Positions 14,880-23,649 of a stretch of 39,641 bases of DNA are shown piece after piece; the first letter of the stretch is position 1; the number at the start of each line of letters is the position of its first letter. The position numbers and the translations under genes were made by a program. Under the pieces are notes generated by a model. The model made no database searches. It was not told where the DNA came from and saw only the letters and a program-made list of their open reading frames with translations. Origin of the DNA: an uncultured Acidobacteriota bacterium (GTDB taxonomy: Bacteria > Acidobacteriota > Terriglobia > Acidiferrales > 2-02-FULL-67-57); contig CAYTXK010000001.1 of the NCBI GenBank assembly GCA_964441645.1, positions 1 through 39,641 on the forward strand. Reading direction: 5' to 3'.

Positions 14880-15093
14880 CTAGTTCCGCAGAGCGCGAGC
14901 CGCCACTCTTCAGCTTACCTATAGAGCAGGATGGCTGCCAAACTTGCACGTGTTTTTCTCCTGCTTTTTCAAAGGATTTTGGACGGGCGGCGAACAGGTG
15001 GGGCGCATTGGCTCCCACGATGGGAAGCCTTCGCCCCCTTTGGGAATCGCTCGGCTCGCTATAGGCGCAGCCGCTGAGGACCGGTGCGTTGCG

Positions 15094-15123
15094 TTGACAA
15101 CGCTCGCGGCCCGCCCCTAGAAT
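15094..15123 (+). promoter_or_regulatory. promoter candidate for tRNA-Arg (TTGACA-18 nt-TAGAAT)
   Basis: TTGACA lies at 15094..15099 and TAGAAT at 15118..15123. The tRNA 5' end is 15 nt downstream of the -10 element. Confidence 0.5.
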
Positions 15124-15137
15124 CGTTTCTATCCGGT

Positions 15138-15214
15138 GCGCCCGTAGCTCAGTTGGATAGAGCGTCTGGCTACGAACCAGAAGGTCGGGGGTTCGAATCC
15201 CTCCGGGCGCGCCA
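15138..15214 (+). tRNA. tRNA-Arg (anticodon ACG), CCA encoded
   Basis: Cloverleaf folded by hand. Acceptor GCGCCCG/CGGGCGC. D arm GCTC-AGTTGGATA-GAGC. Anticodon arm TCTGG-CTACGAA-CCAGA, giving anticodon ACG. Variable loop AGGTC. T arm GGGGG-TTCGAAT-CCCTC. Discriminator G followed by CCA. Confidence 0.93.
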
Positions 15215-15244
15215 GCTCTGCAATGCTCCGAACACTCTGTGTTT

Positions 15245-16126
15245 CTACGGCTGCTCTTGTGCCGCGGCAATCGGTCGCGTTTCGAGGGCTCTTGTGAATT
15301 TGTCCGAGTCGGAAACCCAGCCGAACGACTCTTGGATAACAAAGAGGGATGCTTCATGATTGCTTCTTGGCAAGTCGTGTCCGATCGGCTCGCCCATACA
15401 GTCCGCAAGCAACACACATGAATAATCTCTGAACGTCGCATCTCTGACTGTCGACTCCACGCATACACTCGTGGTACATCCAGTGACGATGAGGTATTTG
15501 ACCCCCAGCTGTTTGAGCGTTGCGTCTAAGTCGGTTTGATAGAAGCCGCTGAATCGATGCTTGTAGATGACACTATCTTCGGCTTGCGGCTTAAGTTCGG
15601 GTACAATATCTGTGCTCCATGTGTCGCGAATTAGATTTCGACTTTCCATACCGTTAGGGGCACGAACGGTTTCCCCGACGCCAAACCGCCGGTGCCGCGC
15701 CCGGTTCGCTGAGCCTTCAGAACCCAGATCTGAGAGATTGGGATGAAACCCCATCTTGAGATAAACAATCTTCATTCCCGCGTGGCGAGCTGAGGCCAGG
15801 ACTTTTGCTGTGGGGCCGACGACCCTTTGAATCATGGAAATATCTCTTCCAGCCCGGTCGAACATGCCACCCTTGGTGGCGAAGTCATTCTGCATGTCGA
15901 CGACGATCACCGCAGTCCTTGCGGTATCGATCGCGATTGACTCAGGCTTCGCCTCGAACCTGACAACCCGGCCTTTCGTGTCATCCATTGGAGCACCGGT
16001 CCTGGGAGCCGGACCTGCCGCCGCAGGCGCGACCGCGCCCGGACCCTGGCCGGCCGTGGCGAGCCTCGGGGCTATCAGTGCGGAACCCATCAGGAGAAAG
16101 TTGCGACGGGACACAGAAATGCGCAT
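15245..16126 (-). CDS. Tat-exported cysteine hydrolase / isochorismatase-family amidohydrolase
   Basis: ATG 16126 is preceded by GGAGG at 7 nt and gives the twin-arginine signal MRISVSRRNFLLMGSALIAP. Isochorismatase-family motifs are AVIVVDMQNDF and the catalytic-Cys segment VTGCTTSVCVESTVRDA. The 3' two-thirds of the gene is visibly AT-richer than its surroundings. Confidence 0.85.
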   Translation of the reverse strand: MRISVSRRNFLLMGSALIAPRLATAGQGPGAVAPAAAGPAPRTGAPMDDTKGRVVRFEAKPESIAIDTARTAVIVVDMQNDFATKGGMFDRAGRDISMIQRVVGPTAKVLASARHAGMKIVYLKMGFHPNLSDLGSEGSANRARHRRFGVGETVRAPNGMESRNLIRDTWSTDIVPELKPQAEDSVIYKHRFSGFYQTDLDATLKQLGVKYLIVTGCTTSVCVESTVRDATFRDYSCVLLADCMGEPIGHDLPRSNHEASLFVIQESFGWVSDSDKFTRALETRPIAAAQEQP

Positions 16127-16254
16127 TCTGGACCTCCATGAAGAAAACGGACCGTGTTCCATTAACCCTGATCAGTGCAAGCCAGACTCAATGGTCAGCA
16201 AAAAAAAGTCTGTAATATGAAGTTTGTACCACAGTCCGGCAGATTCCGAAAGTT

Positions 16255-16279
16255 CTAAAATCGTCCCCTAGGGCGCGCC
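16255..16279 (+). repeat. 25-nt direct repeat, copy 1 (CTAAAATCGTCCCCTAGGGCGCGCC)
   Basis: 21/25 identical to the copy at 16560..16584. It shares AATC...GGGCGCGCCA(.)CTCT with the T-loop/acceptor 3' end and first flanking bases of tRNA-Arg (15196..15219). Confidence 0.7.
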
Positions 16280-16367
16280 ACTCTATCCATGCTTCCCCTG
16301 TCTGGCGCAAAGCCTGAAGGCCGGGCGCTCACAGCCATGAGCGAAGCAAATTCTTTCCGAGGGTAGG

Positions 16368-16553
16368 TTGCGAAAGCCGATGCGGTGGCTGAAGGGAGTA
16401 GGGGCGGCGCTGGTCGTGCTCGCCGTGATGGGGTTTCTGACCGTAGCCGATGATTGGCGCCACACGGGGAAATTGCTGGGAGTCGGCAGCGTGCTGGTTG
16501 CGGGAGTTGCTTTGCTGCTGGTCGGGTTCCTGCGGGGCAAGAAACAACGCTAA
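16368..16553 (+). CDS. hypothetical small two-helix membrane protein (57-61 aa)
   Basis: There are two hydrophobic helices (GVGAALVVLAVMGFLTV and LLGVGSVLVAGVALLLVGFL) with a basic C-terminus. The start is TTG 16368 or ATG 16380. The ORF is bracketed by the two 25-nt repeats. Confidence 0.4.
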   Translation: MRKPMRWLKGVGAALVVLAVMGFLTVADDWRHTGKLLGVGSVLVAGVALLLVGFLRGKKQR

Positions 16554-16559
16554 AGAGTC

Positions 16560-16584
16560 CTACAATCGTCCCGCGGGGCGCGCC
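16560..16584 (+). repeat. 25-nt direct repeat, copy 2 (CTACAATCGTCCCGCGGGGCGCGCC)
   Basis: 21/25 identical to 16255..16279. It lies between the small membrane ORF and the 3' end of the amine oxidase gene. Confidence 0.7.
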
Positions 16585-16608
16585 TCCTTTTACATCCTGT
16601 AGCCCGTC

Positions 16609-18624
16609 TCAATGTCCGGAAGGGGGGAGGTCGAGGGCCGGGTTGCGCGCGAAGAAGTTGTAGGGCCTGAGCTCAAACTCGTGCCAACTGGTCGGCGTCA
16701 CCGGCCAGTCCTCCGCGCGCGGCACGTGGTGCAAGCCCACCGTGTACCAGACCACCAGGTCGGTGTTTTCAATGGGACGGTCGGCGCTCGTCCAAGCCGG
16801 CAAGCCGTCGCCGCCCTTGCTCTGCGTGATGTACTCGCCGGCCGCGTGCCGCTCGTCCGGCCGGTAGGGCGTGACCCACAACTGGTATTGGCTGAAGCCC
16901 GCGCGGCGCTGCGGGTAATCGTCAGCCGAGAGCAGCGTCATGGCGTTGTGTCCCGGCCTGATCTCGTAGCCCACCGGATAGCCGAGCGGATTCTTCACAT
17001 TCGGATTCACCACGCGCCACACCGCCGGCTTTTCCATGCTGATATGCAGCTTGGCCTGCTGCTCGGTGCGCAAAGTCTCCGGCGTGGCCACCCAGAGGCT
17101 TTTGCGGGGATGGCTGTCGGGCAGCCGCTCGGTGCGGAGCTGATCCTGGATGAAGCTGTTGGTAATCCCATCCACATCCAGGTCGAGACGAAAAGAAAAG
17201 AAGTGGTCGTGGTTTACCGCCACGGTGTTCTCAGCGATAAAGCGGCCGTAGGCCTGGGCGCGGCCGTCGTGATCTTCGGCGGCGGTTCGCACCGCGACCG
17301 CCTTAACGGCGTCAATCCCGGTCACCGCCACCACTACCTTGATGGTGCCGTCCTGCAGGAACACCCAGTCAAACAGGTAGTCGTAGTTGCCGAAAGTGGC
17401 GATGGTCCGCAGCACCAAGTCGCGCCGGCGGCGGCTCTCGACGATGTCGTCTTCGCCGCGGTGCCGCCAGGCCATATCACCAGCGTAGCGCTCGAACAGG
17501 CAAACGGCGCGGCGCACGCGGTGCGGGATGGCGCGCTCGTCGGCGTAGACATTGTCGAAGTAGACGGCGTTCTCCGGGCAGTCGCTAGCGGGCTCGAGCG
17601 GAGTGCCGAAGCCGAAGAAGGGAAACTCGCCGGCATCGAAGTACGTCCAGTGGTACCAGCCTTCGTTCGGGTCCATGTAGGGAACAAAAATTTCCGAGAG
17701 CGATCCCTGGTAGAGCACCGAGCGCGCCTGGTCGCCCTCGGCATAGCGCACGGTCGAGACTACGAGCCCAACCCGCGGGTCGAGGCGGAACTGAAAGCTC
17801 CACTTCTGCCAACTGACTTCGTGACCGCTGGCGCGAAAGCTCGGCCCCAGCGGTTGCTCGACCCGGAGCGGCGTGGGTATTTCGCGCAGCGGCCCGATCA
17901 ACTCGGGGGCGTAGTCCGCCGCCGTGCGCGGCACGGGCACGGGGCCGGTGTCAATGATGCGCAGGACCTTTTTCGCATCGGCATCCCAGAGCACGATGAG
18001 GCCTTCAATGGGCCGCGCATCCGGGTTCCAGGTGCCGCGACTGTCCGTGCAAACCACGCGTTGGAGTCGCCGCCCTTGCTCTTCTGGCGTGCCGAAGTAA
18101 CCCGGCGAGATGCCATAGCAGTGCACCGTCTCGAAATCCGTGATGCCGCGGCGGCGCATGGCCGCCTGCCAGTCCGAGTTCTCCTTCACGGCCTCGCCGG
18201 CGCCCCGGAGCTCCTCCATCGTCAGATTGGGCTGCACATCTTTGATTTCTCGCCAGAGAACCGTTTTGCGGGCGCTCAGATCCACGACCACTTCGTAGGT
18301 CTTGGTCTCTTGCCGGATTACCGCCAGGGCCTCGCGCGGGAACGCCTGCCCGGGCTTCCACCGCAGCACTTCCTCCTTGGGCGGCTCGTGCAGGGTGATC
18401 AGCGAGTAGCGCGTTTTCTCATCGGTGCGGCCCGAGGCTTTCATCACTTCAAATAGCGTCCAGAACTCCGGACCCGTCAGGCCATCCAAGGGGTGCTGGG
18501 GGGACTGCGCCGCGGCCGGAGCGGCGAACGCCGCGACCAGAACCAGCACGATCACGCCAGTCGGCAGGCGGTGCTTCCGCTGCGGCCGGTCACTGAACCA
18601 ACCGGGCAGGCTCGCTCTGTGCAT
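16609..18624 (-). CDS. copper-containing primary-amine oxidase (topaquinone cofactor)
   Basis: ATG 18624 is preceded by GGAGGA and gives a signal peptide (..VIVLVLVAAFAAPAAAQ). The TPQ consensus T-x-x-N-Y-D-Y is present (ATFGNYDYLF). His ligands lie in VGLHHVPRAEDWPV and NHDHFFSFRLD. Confidence 0.92.
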   Translation of the reverse strand: MHRASLPGWFSDRPQRKHRLPTGVIVLVLVAAFAAPAAAQSPQHPLDGLTGPEFWTLFEVMKASGRTDEKTRYSLITLHEPPKEEVLRWKPGQAFPREALAVIRQETKTYEVVVDLSARKTVLWREIKDVQPNLTMEELRGAGEAVKENSDWQAAMRRRGITDFETVHCYGISPGYFGTPEEQGRRLQRVVCTDSRGTWNPDARPIEGLIVLWDADAKKVLRIIDTGPVPVPRTAADYAPELIGPLREIPTPLRVEQPLGPSFRASGHEVSWQKWSFQFRLDPRVGLVVSTVRYAEGDQARSVLYQGSLSEIFVPYMDPNEGWYHWTYFDAGEFPFFGFGTPLEPASDCPENAVYFDNVYADERAIPHRVRRAVCLFERYAGDMAWRHRGEDDIVESRRRRDLVLRTIATFGNYDYLFDWVFLQDGTIKVVVAVTGIDAVKAVAVRTAAEDHDGRAQAYGRFIAENTVAVNHDHFFSFRLDLDVDGITNSFIQDQLRTERLPDSHPRKSLWVATPETLRTEQQAKLHISMEKPAVWRVVNPNVKNPLGYPVGYEIRPGHNAMTLLSADDYPQRRAGFSQYQLWVTPYRPDERHAAGEYITQSKGGDGLPAWTSADRPIENTDLVVWYTVGLHHVPRAEDWPVTPTSWHEFELRPYNFFARNPALDLPPSGH

Positions 18625-18768
18625 GATTCCTCCTCGCGGGGCGAAGATTCCGTTAAAAGGGATGCGGCGCATCTTGCCCCTGCCCTTCGCCCAAGTCAAG
18701 CACGTACGGCTTCTTAGAAAGGAGTAGGATAAGCCGCTCTCTCCGGTGCTCGCGAGGAGGTGGCCTCG

Positions 18769-20079
18769 ATGCGAGTTTCCCTTCGTTGGCTTTCCATCGG
18801 GCTATGCGTTTTTTGGTTCGCGGCTTCCGCTTCGGCCCAGGCACCGCCGGCCGCCGCCGGTGGCAACGCCGCGCCGGCGCAGCCCGCCTTCGATGTCAAG
18901 GCAGCCACGGACGCGTACCTGGCAAAAGTCCCGCCCGACAAGAAGGCTCGCTCCGACGCCTACTTCGAAGGGGGTTACTGGCTGATGCTCTGGGATTTTC
19001 TCTATGGCGCGGCGGTGATGCTGCTGTTGCTGTTCACCCGGTTGTCGGCGCGGATGCGCGACCAGGCGGAACGGCTCACCCCACGGCGGCCGCTCCAAAC
19101 CATGCTCTACTTTGGGCAATTCTTTGTTCTGGTCGCGATTCTCAACTTTCCCCTGAACGTCTATGAGGGCTACTTTCGCGAACACCAGTACGGCCTGGCT
19201 ACGCAGAATTTCGGCGGCTGGATGCGCGACCAGCTTGTCGGATCGGCCGTCGGCCTCGTGCTGGGGAGTGTTCTCGTGACCGCGCTGTTTGGAATTGTTC
19301 GGCGTCTGGGCCGCACCTGGTGGGTGTGGGGCGCAGTGGTGACCATTCTCTTTCTGGCCTTCACGGTGATGATCGGGCCGGTGTACATCCGTCCGCTGTT
19401 CAACACCTATAAGAAGCTCGAGGATCCCAGGATCAAAGACCCCATCCTGAGCCTGGCACGCGCCAACGGCATTCCCGCCACCGACGTCTACGAAATGGAC
19501 GCCTCGCGCCAGACCACGCGCATCAGCGCCAACGTCAGCGGATTTCTGGGCACCGAGCGCATCACGCTGAACGACAACCTGCTCAAGCGCTGCTCGCCCG
19601 AGGAAATACAGGCGGTGATGGGCCACGAAATGGGGCACTACGTCCTCAACCATGGCTACAAACTATTGTTGTTTTTCGGCGTGATTCTGGTGATTGCCTT
19701 CGCCTGCGTGAACGGGGGCCTGAACTGGACACTGGCGCGTTGGGGCGAGCGCTGGGGTATCCGCGACCTCACTGACGTGGCCGTGCTGCCGCTGGCCATG
19801 CTGCTACTGTCTATGTTCTTCTTCGTGTTGACGCCGGTGGGAAACTCTTTTGTTCGCACTGTCGAGTACGAGGCCGACATCTTTGGACTCAACGCCGCCC
19901 AGCAGCCGGACGGCTTTGCCGAAGCGTCGTTGAAGCTGGCCGACTACCGCAAGCTCGACCCCGGCCCGCTCGAAGAGTTCATCTTTTACGACCACCCCAG
20001 CGGTCGCGTGCGCATCACCTCGGCCATGCGTTGGAAGGCTGAACACCTGCCCGCCGCGGCCGCCATTCCGCAGCCGTAG
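18769..20079 (+). CDS. M48-family (Ste24/HtpX-like) membrane zinc metallopeptidase
   Basis: A GAGGAGG SD lies 8 nt before ATG 18769. There is a signal/TM segment and multiple TM helices. It has HEMGHYVLNH (HExxH) and a downstream EYEADIFG. Confidence 0.88.
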   Translation: MRVSLRWLSIGLCVFWFAASASAQAPPAAAGGNAAPAQPAFDVKAATDAYLAKVPPDKKARSDAYFEGGYWLMLWDFLYGAAVMLLLLFTRLSARMRDQAERLTPRRPLQTMLYFGQFFVLVAILNFPLNVYEGYFREHQYGLATQNFGGWMRDQLVGSAVGLVLGSVLVTALFGIVRRLGRTWWVWGAVVTILFLAFTVMIGPVYIRPLFNTYKKLEDPRIKDPILSLARANGIPATDVYEMDASRQTTRISANVSGFLGTERITLNDNLLKRCSPEEIQAVMGHEMGHYVLNHGYKLLLFFGVILVIAFACVNGGLNWTLARWGERWGIRDLTDVAVLPLAMLLLSMFFFVLTPVGNSFVRTVEYEADIFGLNAAQQPDGFAEASLKLADYRKLDPGPLEEFIFYDHPSGRVRITSAMRWKAEHLPAAAAIPQP

Positions 20080-20186
20080 AGAACATCCGGCGCCGTCGAA
20101 ATTCTCCGCGCCACTCGGCTTGAGAGCTGTGGGCAGCTAGCATATCATTCGGGCGAAGGAAAATTCGGCTCGCGAGCGGGCCACCT

Positions 20187-20798
20187 GTGTACACACGTTT
20201 GATCGGTCAGGGCAGCCGCTGGCTGCTGGAGAAGATTGTCGCCGGTCTGGCGGCCACCGGCATCCATCCCAACCTGCTGACCCTGCTGGGTCTGGCGGTG
20301 AATACCGTGGCCGCGGTTTTCTTCGCCCGCGGTGATTTTCGCTGGGGCGCGGCGGTAATCTTCCTGGCGGGTTTCCTCGATATCGCCGATGGTCAGGTGG
20401 CGCGCAAGCAGGGACGGGTAACGGCCTTCGGCGCCTTTTTTGATTCCACGCTCGATCGCTACTCCGACATGATGCTCTATCTGGGTTTGTTGATCTATTA
20501 CGCCAAAATCGGCCGCTTCCTTTACGTGGTGCTGGCCATCGTCGCCATGGTGAGCTCCTTCATGGTGAGCTACTCGCGCGCCCGCGCCGAATCCATCATT
20601 CCCACCTGCAAGGTCGGCTTCATGGAGCGCCCCGAACGCGTGGTTCTGCTGATTTTGGGCGGCCTCTTCAACCGCATGGCGCCGGTGCTGTGGACGATTG
20701 CCGTGCTCGCGACGCTGACCGTGACTCATCGCATCGCCTATACCTGGCGCGAAACCCAGGCCGGCCGTGTGCTTCCCGGCTTGCGTCTTCCTGCCTAA
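20187..20798 (+). CDS. CDP-alcohol phosphatidyltransferase family protein
   Basis: The family signature D-x2-D-G-x2-A-R-x8-G-x3-D-x3-D is written DIADGQVARKQGRVTAFGAFFDSTLDRYSD. It is a polytopic membrane protein. Its stop is 11 nt from the stop of the convergent acyltransferase gene. Confidence 0.88.
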   Translation: MYTRLIGQGSRWLLEKIVAGLAATGIHPNLLTLLGLAVNTVAAVFFARGDFRWGAAVIFLAGFLDIADGQVARKQGRVTAFGAFFDSTLDRYSDMMLYLGLLIYYAKIGRFLYVVLAIVAMVSSFMVSYSRARAESIIPTCKVGFMERPERVVLLILGGLFNRMAPVLWTIAVLATLTVTHRIAYTWRETQAGRVLPGLRLPA

Positions 20799-20809
20799 CT
20801 CTTCTCGGC

Positions 20810-21559
20810 TCACTCACCGTCCCGGCGGCGCTCCAGGGCCTCGTGAACCGGTTGGGCCACAGTTTCATGGACCCGCTGCTGGAAGGCTTCGACCTCGTCG
20901 CGTGCCATCCCCCGGGTTTCGAGAGTGTCGTGGAGGTAGACGGTTATCGTGGCGGGGTGGAGCATCCAGTCGCCGGTGCGGAACCACTCGAAGGCGCCGA
21001 CGATGCTCATCGGCACCACCGGGTACTGGAGATGAGGCAGCATGCGAAAGACACCTTCCGCAAACGGGCCCATGCGCCCGTCCCGCGTGCGCGACCCCTC
21101 CGGAAACACAATCACGCTGATGCCGGCATCAAGGGCTGTCCGCGTCCGCCGCAGCAATTCCTTGAAGGTTGCCAGGCTGGCGGTGTTCTCCGGCACCGGA
21201 ATGTTGCCGAACTTTCCCATCATCCAGCCGTAGGCGGGAATGGTGAAATGCGTCTCCAGCTCCCAGCCGCGCACGAACTGCGGAATCGCGGAATAAATAA
21301 CGAAGGCATCGAAAAGGTTCACGTGGTTGCAGATGAACATACTCGTACGCTCGGGGTCAAAGCCGGGCGCGCGCCGCACTTCCAGCCGCGCCCCCGCCAG
21401 ACGGAGGATGTTGCGGAAGAAGACGCGCTGCGGCCAGTCATTCTTGCGGGGATCAATCACCAGCCCCAGCAGCACTAAAAACGTGCAGACCGGGAAAAAA
21501 TGCAGCGCGCTGATGACCCACAAGAACAGACAGCGAACCACGAAGTAGGCTTTTCTCAT
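20810..21559 (-). CDS. lysophospholipid / 1-acyl-sn-glycerol-3-phosphate acyltransferase (PlsC/AGPAT family)
   Basis: N-terminal TM helix. H-x4-D motif (CNHVNLFD). FPEGSRTRDG motif. Confidence 0.88.
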   Translation of the reverse strand: MRKAYFVVRCLFLWVISALHFFPVCTFLVLLGLVIDPRKNDWPQRVFFRNILRLAGARLEVRRAPGFDPERTSMFICNHVNLFDAFVIYSAIPQFVRGWELETHFTIPAYGWMMGKFGNIPVPENTASLATFKELLRRTRTALDAGISVIVFPEGSRTRDGRMGPFAEGVFRMLPHLQYPVVPMSIVGAFEWFRTGDWMLHPATITVYLHDTLETRGMARDEVEAFQQRVHETVAQPVHEALERRRDGE

Positions 21560-21590
21560 GCTCCTGAGGGGCGCGGCCGGAGGGACTCGC

Positions 21591-23300
21591 TCACAAGCCC
21601 ACCACGGCGCTGCGGTCGAGGCGTTTCCGAATTTCCTCGGCCAGCTCGCGGCGCTTAATCTTGAGAGAAGCGGTCCGAGGGAAGTCTCGCTCCCAGAGCA
21701 CCGTGCCGCGGATGCGCTTGAAGTCCGGCAGGCGGCGATTGCGGAGGATCAAGTCGTTGCGCAGGGCGTCGCTGACCGACTGCCCGGGCTCCAGATGCCA
21801 CACCAACACGAGCTGCTCTCCGCCCAGCCCGTGCTGCGGCCACAAGTAGTTGGCCGCAAAGAGGCAAAACTCCTTGACGGGCAGGCCCTCGAAAACCGTC
21901 TCGATGTCCTCGGGATAGATATTCTTGCCGCCTTCAGTGACGATCATGTTCTGCTTCCGGCCGAAGAGTTGCAGGTGGCCGCTGGCGTCCAACCGCCCGA
22001 GGTCGCCGGTCATGAGCCAGCCGTCCACAATCGTTTCCGCGGTCAACTCCGGATCGTCGAGATAGTGCGACATCACCGTCTTGCTACGCACGGCGGCTTC
22101 GCCGATCCCTTCCGAATCCGGATTGACAATCTTAACTTCCATCCCCGGCAGTGGTTTGCCCACCGTATCGGGGCGAAAGGGATTGAAATCATTCAAGGTC
22201 ACCGCTGTCCCGGCTTCCGTCAGCCCGTAGCCGTTGGCCACAGGAATCCCCAGGTCGTAGAAGAATTGCAGCGTGGAGGCCTCGGTAAAGGCTCCGCCCA
22301 CGAACAACGCTCGCAACTCGCCGCCAAAAGCCCGGTGGATGTCGCCGAGCAGCCACCGGCTCAGCTTCAGGTGGGGCCGCTTGCGGGTCAGCAGCCGGTT
22401 CAACCCAACCAGGGCGTCAAGAATAAATCGCTTGTGAGACGGGAGCGCAGCGAATCTTTCCTTCAGGCCGCGTTCCAGGTTCTTGAGCACCAGAGGAACC
22501 AGGCTCATGTAAGTAATCTTGTAGCGCGGAAAAGCCTCGCGCACGTACTCGGGCCGCAGGGTGCGCAGATGGACTACCGCTGCGCCACAAACAAAAGGCC
22601 CGATGAAACCCACCATGAAGTCAATGGCGTGGTTGGTGGGCAGGATGCTCAGGTAGCGCACCCCGGGCCAGAAGGGATAGAGCGCCGTGAGGGCGATGCA
22701 CTGCTCGAGATAATTCTCGTGCGTCATCACGCAGCCCTTGGGCCGCCCCCCGGTGCCGGAGGAATAGACGATGGAGGCCCAGTCTCCCCGGCCACGCCGC
22801 ACGATGAGAGGGTTCCCTTTGCCTTTGGCTTCCTCCCAGCGAAACGCTCCCGCCAGATCAGCTCCCGGCGGTGCCTCGGTGACCCATACGGTCTCAAGGC
22901 TCGTGCCCTCGACGCCTCCGGCCGCCACCAGCGCGCGCCAGAGATAATGCTCGATGATGAGCACGCTCGCCTTCGAGTGCGCCAGCAGCGCCCGGTGCTC
23001 CTGCGGGGTCAGCTTGAAGTCGAGCGGCACCAGCACCCCGCCCCGGTAGAAAATCGCGCAGGCTGAAATCAGCCACTTGGACTGATTGCTCATCAGGGTG
23101 GCTGCGCGATGGTCGGGACCGAAGCCCCGCTCTTCTAACGCCCCGGCCAGCGGCAGGGCGGCCTCTTTGAACTGTCGGTAAGTGAGCCGGGTGTTCTCCC
23201 GCTCGCGGTCGGCTTCGATCAGGCAGACTTCGTCGGCCCAGCGCTCCAGCGCCTCCCGCAGCGCCTCCCCCAGCGACTCATATTTGCTCAAGTCCAGCAT
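21591..23300 (-). CDS. long-chain acyl-CoA/acyl-AMP ligase (ANL superfamily)
   Basis: AMP-binding motif [30 protein letters not shown] and C-terminal [10 protein letters not shown] are present. Confidence 0.9.
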   Translation of the reverse strand: MLDLSKYESLGEALREALERWADEVCLIEADRERENTRLTYRQFKEAALPLAGALEERGFGPDHRAATLMSNQSKWLISACAIFYRGGVLVPLDFKLTPQEHRALLAHSKASVLIIEHYLWRALVAAGGVEGTSLETVWVTEAPPGADLAGAFRWEEAKGKGNPLIVRRGRGDWASIVYSSGTGGRPKGCVMTHENYLEQCIALTALYPFWPGVRYLSILPTNHAIDFMVGFIGPFVCGAAVVHLRTLRPEYVREAFPRYKITYMSLVPLVLKNLERGLKERFAALPSHKRFILDALVGLNRLLTRKRPHLKLSRWLLGDIHRAFGGELRALFVGGAFTEASTLQFFYDLGIPVANGYGLTEAGTAVTLNDFNPFRPDTVGKPLPGMEVKIVNPDSEGIGEAAVRSKTVMSHYLDDPELTAETIVDGWLMTGDLGRLDASGHLQLFGRKQNMIVTEGGKNIYPEDIETVFEGLPVKEFCLFAANYLWPQHGLGGEQLVLVWHLEPGQSVSDALRNDLILRNRRLPDFKRIRGTVLWERDFPRTASLKIKRRELAEEIRKRLDRSAVVGL

Positions 23301-23315
23301 TGAATAACGGAGTGA

Positions 23316-23321
23316 ATTATA
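23316..23321 (-). promoter_or_regulatory. -10-like TATAAT, 15 nt upstream of the ligase ATG (possible internal promoter, short leader)
   Basis: The minus strand reads ..cactcTATAATtcactccgttattcaATG. I see no good -35 element and no SD. Confidence 0.25.
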
Positions 23322-23386
23322 GAGTGCCTGTCATTCCGAGCGGAGCGAGGAACCTGCTTTTCCTCTGTGTCTCTGCGCCTCAGTGG

Positions 23387-23629
23387 CTAAAGGCGGGCTT
23401 GAATCCGCTCGGCGAGAGTGCGGAAGTCCGTCACCCCTTGCAGCTCGTAATCAGGCAGCTCGATGCCGAAATGACTCTCGATCCGCGTCAACAGCTCCAG
23501 GGCCTGCAAACTGTTGATCCCCAGCTTTTCGAAGAAGTCGTCGTCCGGCGAGAGACTCTCGCGGGGCACGGTGAAATGCTGGGCCGTCAAATCGAGGATT
23601 TCTCCCAAGGTCTGCGGCAAGGTTCGCAT
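23387..23629 (-). CDS. acyl carrier protein
   Basis: 80 aa. The phosphopantetheine attachment context is FFEKLGINSLQALELLTRIE, followed by a helix-rich acidic tail. Confidence 0.8.
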   Translation of the reverse strand: MRTLPQTLGEILDLTAQHFTVPRESLSPDDDFFEKLGINSLQALELLTRIESHFGIELPDYELQGVTDFRTLAERIQARL

Positions 23630-23649
23630 CTCAGTTCATCCTCATCGTG

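Noticed and set aside
14746-15468. 240-aa minus-strand ORF spanning the non-coding region, the tRNA-Arg gene and the 3' end of the hydrolase gene.
   Set aside because: It reads straight through a tRNA and through the strong hairpin at 14828..14879. It has no coding-like composition and no motif.
23327-23357. CCTGTCATTCCGAGCGGAGCGAGGAACCTGC in the gap upstream of the second ligase. It resembles a short element I recall seeing repeatedly in intergenic DNA of soil bacteria.
   Set aside because: Only one copy is present in this window, so repeat status cannot be shown from the sequence. My recollection of the family is not precise enough to name it.
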